A program made the translations under genes and the position numbers. Positions 48,461 to 59,206 of a stretch of 64,000 bases of DNA are shown here, piece by piece. Position 1 is the first letter of the stretch, and every line of letters starts with the position of its first letter. The notes below the pieces were generated by a model. It made no database searches, was not told where the DNA came from, and worked only from the letters and a program-made list of their open reading frames with translations. Origin of the DNA: Candidatus Methylomirabilota bacterium (GTDB lineage: Bacteria > Methylomirabilota > Methylomirabilia > Methylomirabilales > Methylomirabilaceae); contig JACQQF010000040.1 in NCBI GenBank assembly GCA_016207095.1, positions 17,003 to 81,002 of the forward strand, given 5' to 3'.

Positions 48461-48486
48461 CCGTGATCCTCCTGGACATTCGTAGG

Positions 48487-48996
48487 CTATAGGAGATGCT
48501 GAAGGGGACGAAGCCTCGGGTCGGGTTCCGGGATGCGACACTGGCAGGAGATCTCGTTCAGGTTGACCCCGCAGCGGGGACAGAGGCCACGGCACTCGGC
48601 CCGACACAGAGGCTGAAGTGGGAGGTTCAAGAGCACGTTTTCACGTAAGAGCCCCGACAGATCGAGCCGATCGTCTTCAAGAAATTCCACATCCGTCTCC
48701 TCGGGAGTCAACTCGCTATCGTCGCCGCGAGGGCCGTTCGGGGTTCCCCCGTACAGGACCTCGAACTGATCCGACACCGGGATAGAAACCGCCTCTGAAC
48801 ATCGACTGCAAAGGACCACGGCCGTTGTGACGAAGGCTCCCGTCGCAAGGATGCCCCCACCCTTCCGCTCCAAATGAAAGGAGGCCTCGACCGGGTCTAG
48901 AGATGTCCACAAACCCTCAACACCTTCCCAGCGTGGCTCCTCGCAAACTCTGAGATCTAAACCCTCAGGCGGGATTCGTGATCGCTCCACCAGCAT
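48487..48996 (-). CDS. yceD: DUF177 / YceD-family protein
   Basis: 169 aa in the conserved position upstream of rpmF, with a C-terminal CxxxC...C.C pattern (CRAECRGLCPRCGVNLNEISCQC). Confidence 0.75.
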   Translation of the reverse strand: MLVERSRIPPEGLDLRVCEEPRWEGVEGLWTSLDPVEASFHLERKGGGILATGAFVTTAVVLCSRCSEAVSIPVSDQFEVLYGGTPNGPRGDDSELTPEETDVEFLEDDRLDLSGLLRENVLLNLPLQPLCRAECRGLCPRCGVNLNEISCQCRIPEPDPRLRPLQHLL

Positions 48997-49087
48997 CGCG
49001 AAGACTCCCTCAAAACTGGCGAATTATACAGAGGCATTCCTCCGAAGTCAAGGGATTTCCTCGCCAAACGGTCAATGTCTTAGGGGG

Positions 49088-49534
49088 TCAACTTGAAGCC
49101 GGGGTCACGCTCCCGGTCGTCAAAATGAGCTCAACACGACTGAAAAAAAAGGGGATCTCAAGGGCTGCTGACTCGGCCGAATCGGACCCATGAACAACGT
49201 TCCGCTCGATCGTGGTGGCGAAGCTCCGGCGCAACGTGCCTTGCTCGGCCTTCAGCGGATCGGTGGCGCCCATGATATCCCGGACCCGCCGGATCGCCCC
49301 TTCTCCCTCGAGGACCATCGCCACACACGGGCCGGACGCCATGAAGCGAGTAAGGCTTTGGAAAAATGGCTGGTGCCGATGGACCTGATAGAATCCTTCA
49401 GCCTCTCTTTGCCCCAGCGCCACCATCTTCAGCCCCCGGACTACCAACCCTTCCGCCTCAAATCGCCGGACCACCTCGCCGATAAGCCTCCTGGAAACGG
49501 CATCCGGCTTCACAATTACTAAGGTCTGCTCCAT
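49088..49534 (-). CDS. ndk: nucleoside diphosphate kinase
   Basis: 148 aa, MEQTLVIVKPDAV...NVVHGSDS. Confidence 0.95.
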   Translation of the reverse strand: MEQTLVIVKPDAVSRRLIGEVVRRFEAEGLVVRGLKMVALGQREAEGFYQVHRHQPFFQSLTRFMASGPCVAMVLEGEGAIRRVRDIMGATDPLKAEQGTLRRSFATTIERNVVHGSDSAESAALEIPFFFSRVELILTTGSVTPASS

Positions 49535-49606
49535 GGTCGTCCTCGGTGTGAGGAAAAAGAAGACCGCCCGCGCGATGGGGATGGCCTGCGGCTCGACGTT
49601 TCCCTC

Positions 49607-50479
49607 CTACGCGTTGAGGGCCTTCTTCACCGCCGCTCCCATCTCTGACGGGCTCTTCACCACGGCGATTCCGGCGCGCCGGAGGGCGGTGACCTTTTCC
49701 GCCGCTGTCCCTTTCCCGCCCGAGATAATCGCCCCGGCATGACCCATCCGTCTGCCCGGAGGAGCTGTCTGGCCGGCGATGTAGCCAACCACCGGTTTGG
49801 AGACGTGACGCTTGACGAACGCGGCGGCCTCCTCCTCTGCTGTCCCGCCGATCTCGCCGATCATCAAGATTGCGTGGGTGGCCGGGTCGTCCTCAAACAG
49901 GCTCAGACAGTCCACGAAGGTCGTGCCGATGACCGGATCCCCGCCGATCCCCACGCAAGTGGACTGACCAAGGCCCAAACGGGTGAGCTGGCCAACCGCC
50001 TCATAGGTCAGTGTTCCGCTTCGGGAGACCACACCGACCTTGCCCCGCTTGTGGATGTGTCCGGGCATGATCCCAACCTTGGCCTTTCCCGGGGAGATGA
50101 TCCCCGGACAGTTCGGACCGATGAGCCGGGTCCCCGAGCCACGAAGGAAACGGGCGACCCGCACCATGTCCAGCGTCGGAATCCCCTCGGTGATACAGAC
50201 CACCAGCGGGACGGCTGCATCGATCGCCTCCAGGATGGCATCGGCGGCGAAGGCGGGTGGAACAAAAATCAGCGCGGCGTTCGCCCCCTCCTTCGCCACT
50301 GCCTCGCGGACCGTGTCGAAGACCGGAATGCCCTCGTGGCGGCTCCCGCCCTTTCCCGGGGTGACACCTGCGACCACCGTCGTCCCGTAGTCACGACACG
50401 CCAACGCGTGAAATGTCCCCTCCCTGCCAGTCATCCCCTGGACGACCAACCGCGTCTTCTTATCCACCAGAATGCTCAT
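49607..50479 (-). CDS. sucD: succinyl-CoA ligase subunit alpha
   Basis: 290 aa, ...[12 protein letters not shown]...SRSGTLTYE...MGHAGAII. Confidence 0.95.
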   Translation of the reverse strand: MSILVDKKTRLVVQGMTGREGTFHALACRDYGTTVVAGVTPGKGGSRHEGIPVFDTVREAVAKEGANAALIFVPPAFAADAILEAIDAAVPLVVCITEGIPTLDMVRVARFLRGSGTRLIGPNCPGIISPGKAKVGIMPGHIHKRGKVGVVSRSGTLTYEAVGQLTRLGLGQSTCVGIGGDPVIGTTFVDCLSLFEDDPATHAILMIGEIGGTAEEEAAAFVKRHVSKPVVGYIAGQTAPPGRRMGHAGAIISGGKGTAAEKVTALRRAGIAVVKSPSEMGAAVKKALNA

Positions 50480-50573
50480 GGCTCCTCGGAACGGTTCATT
50501 GTTCAGCGTTCACAGGTCATAGACAGAACATTCGATACCGCCGCGATTTCGCCCTTCGGCGATGAACTACGAA

Positions 50574-51746
50574 CTATGAACGCTTTCCCTGTCGGGCAGC
50601 GGCCACTGCCCTCTCGGCAGCCTCGCGCATCCCGTCGGCAGTAATGAAGTTTAGGCCGGATTCCCGAAGCATCCGCCTCCCTTGCTGGACGTTGGTCCCT
50701 TCCATCCGGATCACAATCGGTAAAGTGACCTGGAGTGACCGAACAGCATGGATGACCCCCTCCGCCAGTCGGTCACACCGTAGGATGCCGCCGAAGATGT
50801 TAATGAGAACAGCCTTGACCGAGCGGTCGGACGTCAGGATACGAAACGCATTCTGGATCTGTTCAGCGCTGGCGCCGCCCCCAACATCCAGGAAGTTCGC
50901 TGGCTCGCCGCCGGCAAGCTTGACGATATCCATGGTGGCCATGGCCAGGCCGGCCCCATTGACCATGCAGCCCACTGTGCCCTCCAGCTTGATGTAGTTG
51001 AGTCCGAACTTCGAGGCCTCAACCTCGAGTGGAGACTCCTCGTCCAGGTCGCGCAACTCCTTGATATCGGGATGGCGAAAGAGGGCGTTGTCATCAAAGT
51101 TTATCTTCGCATCCAGAGCCAGGAGCCTGTTCTCGGCGGTGACCACCAGTGGGTTGATCTCGACCAGGGAACAATCCTTCTCTTGGAATGCGCGGTATAA
51201 ACCACGAAAAACCTCGACACCCGCCCTCTGGAGAGGCTGAGGTAGTCGTAGCCCGAAGAATAGCTGGCGGGCGTGAAAGGCCTGAAGCTGCGTGGTGGGG
51301 TCCACCGCAACCTTGATGATCTTCTCGGGATTCTTGGCTGCCACCTCTTCGATATCCACGCCCCCCGCTGTGCTGGCCATGATGACGGGCAGCGCCGTCT
51401 TGCGATCCAGCACGATCCCGGCATACAACTCTCTGGTGATGGACGTCCGTTCCTCCACAAGAACCCGCTTGACCACGCTCCCCTCCGGGCCGGTCTGATG
51501 CGTGACCAGTCGGGAGCCGATGAGTCGCTCTGCGGCAGTCTCTGCCTCCCCTGGCGAAGATGCCAGCACGATCCCGCCGGCCTTTCCGCGACCCCCGGCG
51601 TGAATCTGAGCCTTTATCACCACAGCTCCACCAAGCCGCTCGGCGGCATTCCTCGCCTCGGCCGGCGTAAGAGCCACCTCGCCCTTCGGAACCGGCAGTC
51701 CATATTCGGCGAGGATCGCCTTAGCCTGGAACTCATGGATCTTCAT
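50574..51746 (-). CDS. sucC: succinyl-CoA ligase subunit beta
   Basis: 390 aa, MKIHEFQAKAILAEYGLPVP...INIFGGI.RCD. Confidence 0.95.
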   Translation of the reverse strand: MKIHEFQAKAILAEYGLPVPKGEVALTPAEARNAAERLGGAVVIKAQIHAGGRGKAGGIVLASSPGEAETAAERLIGSRLVTHQTGPEGSVVKRVLVEERTSITRELYAGIVLDRKTALPVIMASTAGGVDIEEVAAKNPEKIIKVAVDPTTQLQAFHARQLFFGLRLPQPLQRAGVEVFRGLYRAFQEKDCSLVEINPLVVTAENRLLALDAKINFDDNALFRHPDIKELRDLDEESPLEVEASKFGLNYIKLEGTVGCMVNGAGLAMATMDIVKLAGGEPANFLDVGGGASAEQIQNAFRILTSDRSVKAVLINIFGGILRCDRLAEGVIHAVRSLQVTLPIVIRMEGTNVQQGRRMLRESGLNFITADGMREAAERAVAAARQGKRS

Positions 51747-52088
51747 CCTTCACGTCCCCCTCGGCCCCTGGCCGTTGATTTCCCGATCGGCCCTCGACAC
51801 CCCCGCTCACAGCGACTGCTGAACCGGGGCTCTCTTGACGTGGGCAATGCTCGTGGTTACTCGGATCCGTGTGGGGCAAACTTCACTGCGGGTGAAACAC
51901 GATGCGGCCTTCCCCCCAGGAACTCCCGAGCGCTGCTCGAGGACCTCCGTGAATTGAGCACCGGACGATCCGGAGAGCTCTCTCAAAGGAGCTCTTACCT
52001 CATCCGCTACATCGATCTATACAGCGTGGCGCGCGTTGGCTCGGGTCACGCCGAAGAGCGTGAGCACCAACCCTGATGAGTGCCCCTC

Positions 52089-52862
52089 TCACATTCCAGC
52101 GGCCCGTCGCCCCACCTTCCAATCCCTAACACTTGCCCTGATGAGGTCGCGATTCATCAGCGCAATGAAGTGGAGCCTGATCTCCTTAGGGCACACCGCC
52201 TCGCACTCGCCGATGTTTGTACAGCCCCCGAACTCCTCCTTGTCCATTGTCGCCACAATGTTGCGCGCGCGATCGTAGCGCTCGGGCTGCCCCTGCGGGA
52301 GGAGGTGGAGGTGCGATACCTTCGCGGCCGTGAACAGCATGGCCGAGGCGTTCGGGCACGCCGCAACGCAGGCCCCGCAGCCGATACAGGCCGCGGCGTC
52401 GAATGCGAGCTCCGCGTTTTCTTTCGGGACCAGGATCGCATTGGCATCGGGAGCCGAGCCCGTCGGCACGCTGATGAAGCCGCCAGCCTGGATGATCCGA
52501 TCGAAGGCGCTCCGATCGACAATGAGATCCTTGATGACAGGGAACGCCTTTGCACGCCAGGGCTCGATCGTGAGGCTGTCGCCGTCCCTGAAGCTCCGCA
52601 TGTGGAGCTGGCACACGGTGCTGGCGCGTTTCGGCCCGTGCGCAACGCCGTCGATCATGAAGCCGCACGAGCCGCAGATGCCCTCGCGGCAATCGTGTTC
52701 GAACGCGATCGGCTCCTCGCCGCGCCCGATCAACTCCTCGTTGACGACGTCGAGCATCTCGAGGAACGACATGTCCGGAGTGATGTTCTTCGCTTCGTAG
52801 GTGACAAAGCGGCCGCGGGCGTTCGCGTTCTTCTGGCGCCACACCCTGAGGGTCAGCTTCAT
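52089..52862 (-). CDS. sdhB: succinate dehydrogenase / fumarate reductase iron-sulfur subunit
   Basis: I trimmed the start to ATG 52862 ([10 protein letters not shown]...). Cluster motifs are [22 protein letters not shown] and [12 protein letters not shown]. Confidence 0.9.
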   Translation of the reverse strand: MKLTLRVWRQKNANARGRFVTYEAKNITPDMSFLEMLDVVNEELIGRGEEPIAFEHDCREGICGSCGFMIDGVAHGPKRASTVCQLHMRSFRDGDSLTIEPWRAKAFPVIKDLIVDRSAFDRIIQAGGFISVPTGSAPDANAILVPKENAELAFDAAACIGCGACVAACPNASAMLFTAAKVSHLHLLPQGQPERYDRARNIVATMDKEEFGGCTNIGECEAVCPKEIRLHFIALMNRDLIRASVRDWKVGRRAAGM

Positions 52863-52926
52863 CAGAGTGGGCTCCGCGAGACGAGCCTCCGCCGTGGTGG
52901 GGGGCCTGCCAGCGATGTATGTGGCG

Positions 52927-54903
52927 TCATTTGTAGCTTCGCTGAGTGAGGTGGACGTACTCGAAGTGCAAGAGTTCCTTATGGAGATTCGGACGCGCCA
53001 GCGTGCCTGTGTATTCCCAGGCCGCGACGTAGGCGAAGTGCTCGTCGTCGCGAAGCGCCTCCCCGTCCGGAGTCTGACTCTCCTTGCGGAAGTGACCGCC
53101 GCATGATTCTGTGCGATGGAGCGCGTCGATGCATATGAGTTCGCCCAACTCGAGGAAATCGGCCACCCGGCCCGCTTTCTCAAGCGACTGGTTCACCTCC
53201 TCGCTCCCTTCAAGCACCCGAACGCTCTTCCAAAACTCCGCGCGAAGCTCTGGGATCTTCTCGAGGGCGCGACGCAACCCGGCGTCATCGCGTGCCATGC
53301 CACAGTCGTCCCACATGATCCGCCCGAGCTCCCGGTGGAACGAGTCGACCGTGCGCTTGCCCTTGACGTCGAGCAGCCGCGTGATACGCCCCAGGACCTC
53401 CTCCTCGACCGCGCGGAACGCCGGATGGCCTTCGTCCACCTTGTCCGGCCGAGTGCGCCCAATGTAATCGGCGATAGTATACGGCAGGATGAAATAGCCG
53501 TCGGCGAGCCCCTGCATCAGCGCGCTCGCGCCGAGCCGGTTCGCGCCGTGATCGGAGAAGTTGGCTTCCCCGCCCACAAACAACCCAGGGATGGTTGACA
53601 TGAGGTTATAATCAACCCAGAGGCCGCCCATCACATAGTGGGCGGCGGGATACATCCGCATCGGGACGCGGTACGCGTTCTCCCCGCTGATCCGCTCATA
53701 CATGTCGAACAGATTGCCGTACCTCTCCCTGATCGCCGACTCGCCGAAACGCTTGATGGCATCGGTGAAGTCAAGGTACACCCCGCGCCCGCCGGGGCCG
53801 ACGCCGCGGTTGTCATCGCAGACCTCCTTGGCCGCACGTGAGGCAATATCGCGCGGGGCGAGATTGCCGTAGGTCGGGTACTTGCGCTCGAGGTAGTAAT
53901 CGCGCTCGTTGGGCGGGATCTGGTCTGGTGCGCGCGTGTCCCCGGCTTTCTTTGGCACCCACACGCGGCCGTCGTTCCGCAACGACTCGCTCATCAGCGT
54001 GAGCTTCGACTGGTGGTCGCCGCTCACAGGGATGCAGGTCGGGTGGATCTGCGTGAAGCATGGGTTCCCGAAGAAGGCCCCACGCTTGTGGGCGCGCCAG
54101 ATGGCCGTTGCATTCGACGCCTTCGCGTTCGTCGAAAGATAGAAGACATTCACGTAGCCGCCGGTGGCCAGGACCACGGCGTCACCGACGTGGGACTCGA
54201 TGGCACCCGTGACCAGGTCGCGCGTCACGATGCCGCGCGCCCGTCCCTCCACAACGACCAGGTCGAGCATTTCCATGCGCGTCTGCATGGTCACCGTGCC
54301 GAGGCCGACCTGGCGCTCGAGCGCCTGGTATGCTCCCAGCAACAGTTGCTGTCCTGTCTGGCCCCTGGCGTAGAATGTGCGCGACACCTGGGCACCACCG
54401 AACGACCGGTTGTCGAGAAGCCCACCGTACTCGCGCGCGAAGGGGACACCCTGAGCGACGCACTGGTCGATGATGTTCACACTCAGCTCGGCCAACCGGT
54501 AGACGTTAGCCTCCCGCGCCCGGAAGTCTCCGCCCTTCACCGTGTCGTAAAAGAGGCGGAACACGCTGTCGCCGTCGTTCCGGTAATTCTTCGCCGCATT
54601 GATGCCGCCCTGGGCGGCGATCGAATGAGCGCGGCGTGGGCTGTCGTGGTACGAGAAGCACTTGACGTTGTAACCGAGTTCGCCGAGTGACGCCGCCGCC
54701 GCAGATCCTGCGAGGCCCGAGCCCACCACCAGGATCGTGCAGTTGCGGCGATTGGCTGGGCTCACCAGCTTCATGTCGAAGCGATGCCGCTCCCATTTCT
54801 TATCGATTGGCCCCGGAGGGATCCTCGCATCGAGCCTGCCGTGTACAGGGTCCACTACTGTACCGCTGACCCTCGTCTCAACATCCATGTCTGTCGCCCC
54901 CAT
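52927..54903 (-). CDS. sdhA: succinate dehydrogenase / fumarate reductase flavoprotein subunit
   Basis: I trimmed the start to ATG 54903..54901, which overlaps the sdhC TGA (GTGATG). [15 protein letters not shown]...[13 protein letters not shown]... FAD-binding pattern, 658 aa. Confidence 0.9.
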   Translation of the reverse strand: MGATDMDVETRVSGTVVDPVHGRLDARIPPGPIDKKWERHRFDMKLVSPANRRNCTILVVGSGLAGSAAAASLGELGYNVKCFSYHDSPRRAHSIAAQGGINAAKNYRNDGDSVFRLFYDTVKGGDFRAREANVYRLAELSVNIIDQCVAQGVPFAREYGGLLDNRSFGGAQVSRTFYARGQTGQQLLLGAYQALERQVGLGTVTMQTRMEMLDLVVVEGRARGIVTRDLVTGAIESHVGDAVVLATGGYVNVFYLSTNAKASNATAIWRAHKRGAFFGNPCFTQIHPTCIPVSGDHQSKLTLMSESLRNDGRVWVPKKAGDTRAPDQIPPNERDYYLERKYPTYGNLAPRDIASRAAKEVCDDNRGVGPGGRGVYLDFTDAIKRFGESAIRERYGNLFDMYERISGENAYRVPMRMYPAAHYVMGGLWVDYNLMSTIPGLFVGGEANFSDHGANRLGASALMQGLADGYFILPYTIADYIGRTRPDKVDEGHPAFRAVEEEVLGRITRLLDVKGKRTVDSFHRELGRIMWDDCGMARDDAGLRRALEKIPELRAEFWKSVRVLEGSEEVNQSLEKAGRVADFLELGELICIDALHRTESCGGHFRKESQTPDGEALRDDEHFAYVAAWEYTGTLARPNLHKELLHFEYVHLTQRSYK

Positions 54904-55580
54904 CACTTGACGAGTCCGACCAGGACTCCGGCCGGCACAGAAATGTTGCCCACCACGACGACGAACGACGAGACGATGGCGAGCGACCGGTAGAGGCGAC
55001 CTGTGTTCTCGTCGCTCAGGCCGAGCGTCTGAAACATACTCCATACCCCATGATACATGTGAAGCCCAAGCGCGACCATTGCCGCGATGTAGAAGGCTGA
55101 TACGTACCACAGGGAGAATCCGGTCACGACATTGCGATACACGGACAAGTGCCTGTATTGCCCGGGCGGGAACCCGACAGCACCAAAGGTAAGGTGGAGG
55201 ATATGGTAGACTACGAAGAGCGTGATGATCACGCCACCCCACCGCATGGTTCGCGATGCGTAGGTCGCTTGGATGACCTTCTTCTGCACGTAGCTCACCG
55301 GCCGTGCTGCGTGGCTCATCTGCGTGAGCTGCACGGCCGCGACGATGTGGAGCCCGGTTGCCGTCAGCAAGACGAGACGCATTAACCAGAGGAATTGCTC
55401 GTGTCCGACGGCAGGGCTGCCAATCTCCCGGAGCCCGACGGCATAGGCGTTGAACTTCTCCTCACCCTGGTAGACCTTGAGGTTCCCGAGCATATGAACG
55501 ATGACGAAGCCGACCAGAATGAAACCAGTGACAGCCATCACTGCCTTCTTCCCGATCGACGTACTCCAGAGTCCCATCAC
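54903..55580 (-). CDS. sdhC: succinate dehydrogenase cytochrome b subunit (single-subunit b558-type membrane anchor)
   Basis: 225 aa with about 5 TM helices and conserved His residues. The gene order sdhC-sdhA-sdhB matches the Bacillus-type enzyme. Confidence 0.8.
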   Translation of the reverse strand: MMGLWSTSIGKKAVMAVTGFILVGFVIVHMLGNLKVYQGEEKFNAYAVGLREIGSPAVGHEQFLWLMRLVLLTATGLHIVAAVQLTQMSHAARPVSYVQKKVIQATYASRTMRWGGVIITLFVVYHILHLTFGAVGFPPGQYRHLSVYRNVVTGFSLWYVSAFYIAAMVALGLHMYHGVWSMFQTLGLSDENTGRLYRSLAIVSSFVVVVGNISVPAGVLVGLVK

Positions 55581-55778
55581 CTACCCGAATGAGGAGGTAG
55601 CGACAAGGGTCACACGCCCGGTCCCAGGTTTGAGGGTCAGATCTGATCGTGCCGAAATCTACGATCTCGGCCAGCACGAGGAGGAAACCGCCTCCTCCGG
55701 TTACACGACGAAGAATGCACGACCCCGTAGCACCTCGACGGGTCAATACACTCTTGGCGCCGTTACCGTCTCCGGGCC

Positions 55779-56048
55779 CTATCTTTTCTTGACGGACTTG
55801 CCCGCCTTCATCCGTTGCTGCATCTGATCCATATGTTGCTTCATTCCATCGAGCTGCTTCTTCAGGGCCTCGTTGTCACCCTTGAGCGCCATCGACTCGG
55901 TCTTGAGATCCGCGTTCTCCTTCTGAAGCGAGGCAACCTGCGTTTTTAGTTGCTCATTCTCCTTCTTCATCTCCTGCCCGCACCCGGCGAGCAACAACCC
56001 CACGACCAACATCATGGAGATCCCCACGTTCCTTCCTACCTGTCGCAT
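55779..56048 (-). CDS. small coiled-coil lipoprotein
   Basis: 89 aa with a lipobox LLAGC|G, followed by heptad-rich QLKTQVASLQKENADLKTESMALKGDNEALKKQL. A strong SD (AAGGAAGGAGGAGAGG) precedes it. Confidence 0.6.
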   Translation of the reverse strand: MRQVGRNVGISMMLVVGLLLAGCGQEMKKENEQLKTQVASLQKENADLKTESMALKGDNEALKKQLDGMKQHMDQMQQRMKAGKSVKKR

Positions 56049-56081
56049 AACGGCCTCTCCTCCTTCCTTAAACGGTTAATG

Positions 56082-56105
56082 GTTCAGAGTTCCTCGTTCA
56101 GAGTT
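56082..56105. repeat. direct repeat GTTCAGAGTT x2 (period 14) upstream of the lipoprotein gene
   Basis: GTTCAGAGTT at 56082-56091 and at 56096-56105, separated by CCTC. Confidence 0.6.
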
Positions 56106-56173
56106 TATAGATGGAATCCACTGTTACTTCTGCCTATGAACTACGAACGTCTTGTTCCTACTATGAACGCATT

Positions 56174-57103
56174 TCAAAGCTTGAGGATATCGACCAGCTC
56201 CTTCACTGAAGCCGCAGACCGATTCAGGGCTGAGGCCTCGCTGGGTGTCAGCCGGATTTCGATGATCTGCTCAACACCCGAGATGCCCAACTTGACCGGG
56301 ACACCAACGCACAACCCTCGTATCCCGTACTCTCCCTCCAGACAGACACAACACGGAAGGATCTTTTTCTTGTCTTTCAGAATCGCCTCCACCATTTCCA
56401 TCACTGAGGCCGCCGGCGCGTAATAGGCGCTCCCTGTCCCCAGAAGGGCGACGATCTCCCCTCCACCACCCGCCGTCCGCTTTACTAGAGCCTCAACCCG
56501 GTCGGGCGCCAACAGCTCGGTGATCGGGATCCCTGCAACTGTTGAGTATCGAGGGAGTGGGACCATCGTGTCGCCGTGGCCGCCAAGGACAAAGGCGTGG
56601 ATATTCTCGACGGACACCCGAAGCTCCTGTGCGATAAATGCCCGGAGGCGCGCGGAGTCCAGGACACCGGCCATACCAATGACCCGCTCCCGAGGGAAGC
56701 CGCTCCGCTTAAGTGCCAACTGGGTCATCACGTCGAGCGGGTTGCTGACCACGATCAGAATGCAATTCGGCGAATGGGCTATCACCTGCTCGACCACCCC
56801 GCCGACGATCTTGGCATTGGTGTTCAGCAGCTCATCTCGACTCATTCCAGGTTTTCTGGGAATCCCCGCCGTGATGACGACGATGTCGGAGTCGGCAGTG
56901 TCCTTGAACTCCTTCGTGCCAACGATCCGGCTGTCAGAACCCAAAATCGGGCCCGCCTCAAGAAGATCCAGCCCCTTCCCATGTTGCACACTCTCCAGGA
57001 TGTCGATAAGGACCACATCGGCCAGCTCCTTCGTCACTAGGTACTGGCCGACCGTGGCGCCGACATTGCCCGCGCCCCCTACTACCGTCACCTTTGGTCG
57101 CAT
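56174..57103 (-). CDS. mdh: malate dehydrogenase (LDH-like family)
   Basis: [17 protein letters not shown]... The track start is GTG 57124. I prefer ATG 57103 (GGAG 8 nt upstream, and the family N-terminus). Confidence 0.9.
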   Translation of the reverse strand: MRPKVTVVGGAGNVGATVGQYLVTKELADVVLIDILESVQHGKGLDLLEAGPILGSDSRIVGTKEFKDTADSDIVVITAGIPRKPGMSRDELLNTNAKIVGGVVEQVIAHSPNCILIVVSNPLDVMTQLALKRSGFPRERVIGMAGVLDSARLRAFIAQELRVSVENIHAFVLGGHGDTMVPLPRYSTVAGIPITELLAPDRVEALVKRTAGGGGEIVALLGTGSAYYAPAASVMEMVEAILKDKKKILPCCVCLEGEYGIRGLCVGVPVKLGISGVEQIIEIRLTPSEASALNRSAASVKELVDILKL

Positions 57104-57154
57104 CAGGATCTCCAGATGGGTCACCGTTCACAGAAAGCTGCGATGCGTATCGGT

Positions 57155-57182
57155 CCGTCAACCGTCAACAGTGAACCGTCAA
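57155..57182. repeat. tandem heptamer array CCGTCAA-CCGTCAA-CAGTGAA-CCGTCAA between the icd stop and the mdh start
   Basis: Read directly: 57155-61, 57162-68, 57169-75 (variant) and 57176-82. On the - strand the unit is TTGACGG. Confidence 0.6.
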
Positions 57183-58598
57183 CTAACCCATGTTCTCGAT
57201 AACGGCCGTGGCGAATTCCGAGCACTTCAACTCCTTGACGTCCGTTGACCCTTCGGCGCGAAGGAGACGCGCGAAGTCGTAGGTCACTCGTTTCTGCTCG
57301 ATGGTCTGCTCAAGGCCCCGCACCACCAGATCCGCTGCCTCGTTCCATCCCAAGTGGCGCAGCATCATGTCTCCGGAAAGGATCACGGATCCGGGATTTA
57401 CCTTGTCAAGGTCGGCGTACTTCGGGGCCGTCCCATGGGTCGCCTCGAAGATCGCGTGGCCGGTCAGATAATTAATGTTGCCGCCCGGGGCAATCCCGAT
57501 CCCACCGATCTGGGCGGCGAGCGCATCGGAAAGATAGTCACCGTTAAGGTTCGGCGTCGCGATGACATCGAACTCATCGGCGCGGGTAATGGTCTGCTGC
57601 AGCGTGACGTCCGCGATCGAATCCTTGATCATCAGCTTTTTCTTCCACTTGCCCCCGCCGTGCGTCGCCCAGAGCGCGAGGCCCGCCTCCACTTCCGTGC
57701 GGACCGTCGCCTGCTGCTCAGGTGTCATATCTTTGTAGCCGGGTTCGATCGCCCGGGCGTTCTCCTCAACCGTCAGATTGGTATTCTTCTCCTTGTTGTC
57801 CAGGATCCAGCTTTCCCGAATACTGACCGTCTCGTTCCTGTACTTCCTGGCGGCCAGCGCATAGCCCCAATCCCGAAAGGCCCCTTCCGTGAACTTCATG
57901 ATGTTACCCTTGTGGACCATATTGACGGACTTCCGCTTGTGGCCGAGGGCGTACTGAATCGCCGCATCGACGAGGCGCTCAGTCCCTTCTCGGCTGATAG
58001 GCTTGATCCCGATAGCCGAGGTCTTCGGAAACCGGATCTTCGTCACTGCCATTTCGGTCTGAAGAAAAGCGATGATCTTCCTGGCCTCAGGCGATCCTGC
58101 TTCCCACTCGATGCCAGCATAGATGTCTTCTGTGTTCTCCCGGAAGATCACCATATCGACCAGCTCGGGGTGTTTTACCGGGCTCGGCACGCCGCGAAAA
58201 TATTTGACAGGCCTGAGGCACACGTAGAGGTCCAACAATTGACGTAATGCAACGTTCAAGCTTCGAATGCCGCCCCCCACGGGAGTGGTGAGCGGTCCCT
58301 TAATGCCGACCAGGTAGGTGCGGAAGGCCTCGACTGTGTCGTCTGGCAACCAGTTATTGAACGTATTAAAAGCCTTTTCCCCGGCATAGACCTCGAACCA
58401 GGCCATACGGCGCTTGCCGCCATACGCCTTTTTCACCGCCGCATCGAACACGCGGACCGAGGCACGCCAGATGTCGCGACCAGTCCCATCCCCCTCGATA
58501 AAGGGAATGATCGGATCATCGGGGACAACCAACTGGCTCCCCTTCAACGTGATGGCGTGACCATCTCTTGCCGTCTGAAACCTCCCCAAAGTCTTCAT
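57183..58598 (-). CDS. icd: isocitrate dehydrogenase (NADP-type, Icd family)
   Basis: I trimmed the start to ATG 58598, which is preceded by GGGGAG. ...[54 protein letters not shown]... Confidence 0.9.
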   Translation of the reverse strand: MKTLGRFQTARDGHAITLKGSQLVVPDDPIIPFIEGDGTGRDIWRASVRVFDAAVKKAYGGKRRMAWFEVYAGEKAFNTFNNWLPDDTVEAFRTYLVGIKGPLTTPVGGGIRSLNVALRQLLDLYVCLRPVKYFRGVPSPVKHPELVDMVIFRENTEDIYAGIEWEAGSPEARKIIAFLQTEMAVTKIRFPKTSAIGIKPISREGTERLVDAAIQYALGHKRKSVNMVHKGNIMKFTEGAFRDWGYALAARKYRNETVSIRESWILDNKEKNTNLTVEENARAIEPGYKDMTPEQQATVRTEVEAGLALWATHGGGKWKKKLMIKDSIADVTLQQTITRADEFDVIATPNLNGDYLSDALAAQIGGIGIAPGGNINYLTGHAIFEATHGTAPKYADLDKVNPGSVILSGDMMLRHLGWNEAADLVVRGLEQTIEQKRVTYDFARLLRAEGSTDVKELKCSEFATAVIENMG

Positions 58599-59206
58599 GG
58601 TTGACTCCCCTTGTCCAGATATCGAGATGCCACTTGCCATTTCGGGCTGATCGCAGTCAGGAGAGAACGCGATAGCCCCTTGCACATGCAATTCGCTACC
58701 GCAACAGACTATCTATCTATCGGAAACGCGAGGAGTGAAGGCGACTGCAAGGCGTATCTGATTGGGGCTTCCCCTGGGAAGCGTGAAGCCCTGCATCACC
58801 TCGAGGAGCGTCAACACACCATGCGGCACAGGGGAGGGAGCCATACTCGATACGCGTCCGTTCCTCAAAGAAAACATGAAGCAAGATGCCTCATCCCTCA
58901 ACGCGGGCAAGCTAACATGGAGCACGGATACCTGTCAAGTAATAGTTCCCCTAACCGAGTGTCGTGCCGCAGCGACGATTCAGCCAGTAGACACAAGCAC
59001 CTGAAGCCATACGACAAATCACGTTCGCTGTCCACGATCCAAATCAAGGATATCTATGATTCAGATCAAATGGAGACCTCCCATATGCCGAGGTGTCGTG
59101 CGTTGGTCAGCGCCAACTCCACAAGATTCCGAGATTCTCATTCAGCTCAGGTGGCCCTAGGACAGTGTTGATCGATTCCCCCCGACCGGCCGCTGAAATC
59201 GTCCGC

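Noticed and set aside
58611-59171. 186-aa + strand ORF filling the der-icd spacer.
   Set aside because: Its sequence is random-looking and Ser/Arg/His/Cys-rich. It has no SD and no recognisable domain, and it lies in the one AT-richer region where long ORFs are least expected to be GC-shadow artefacts. I treat the region as non-coding.
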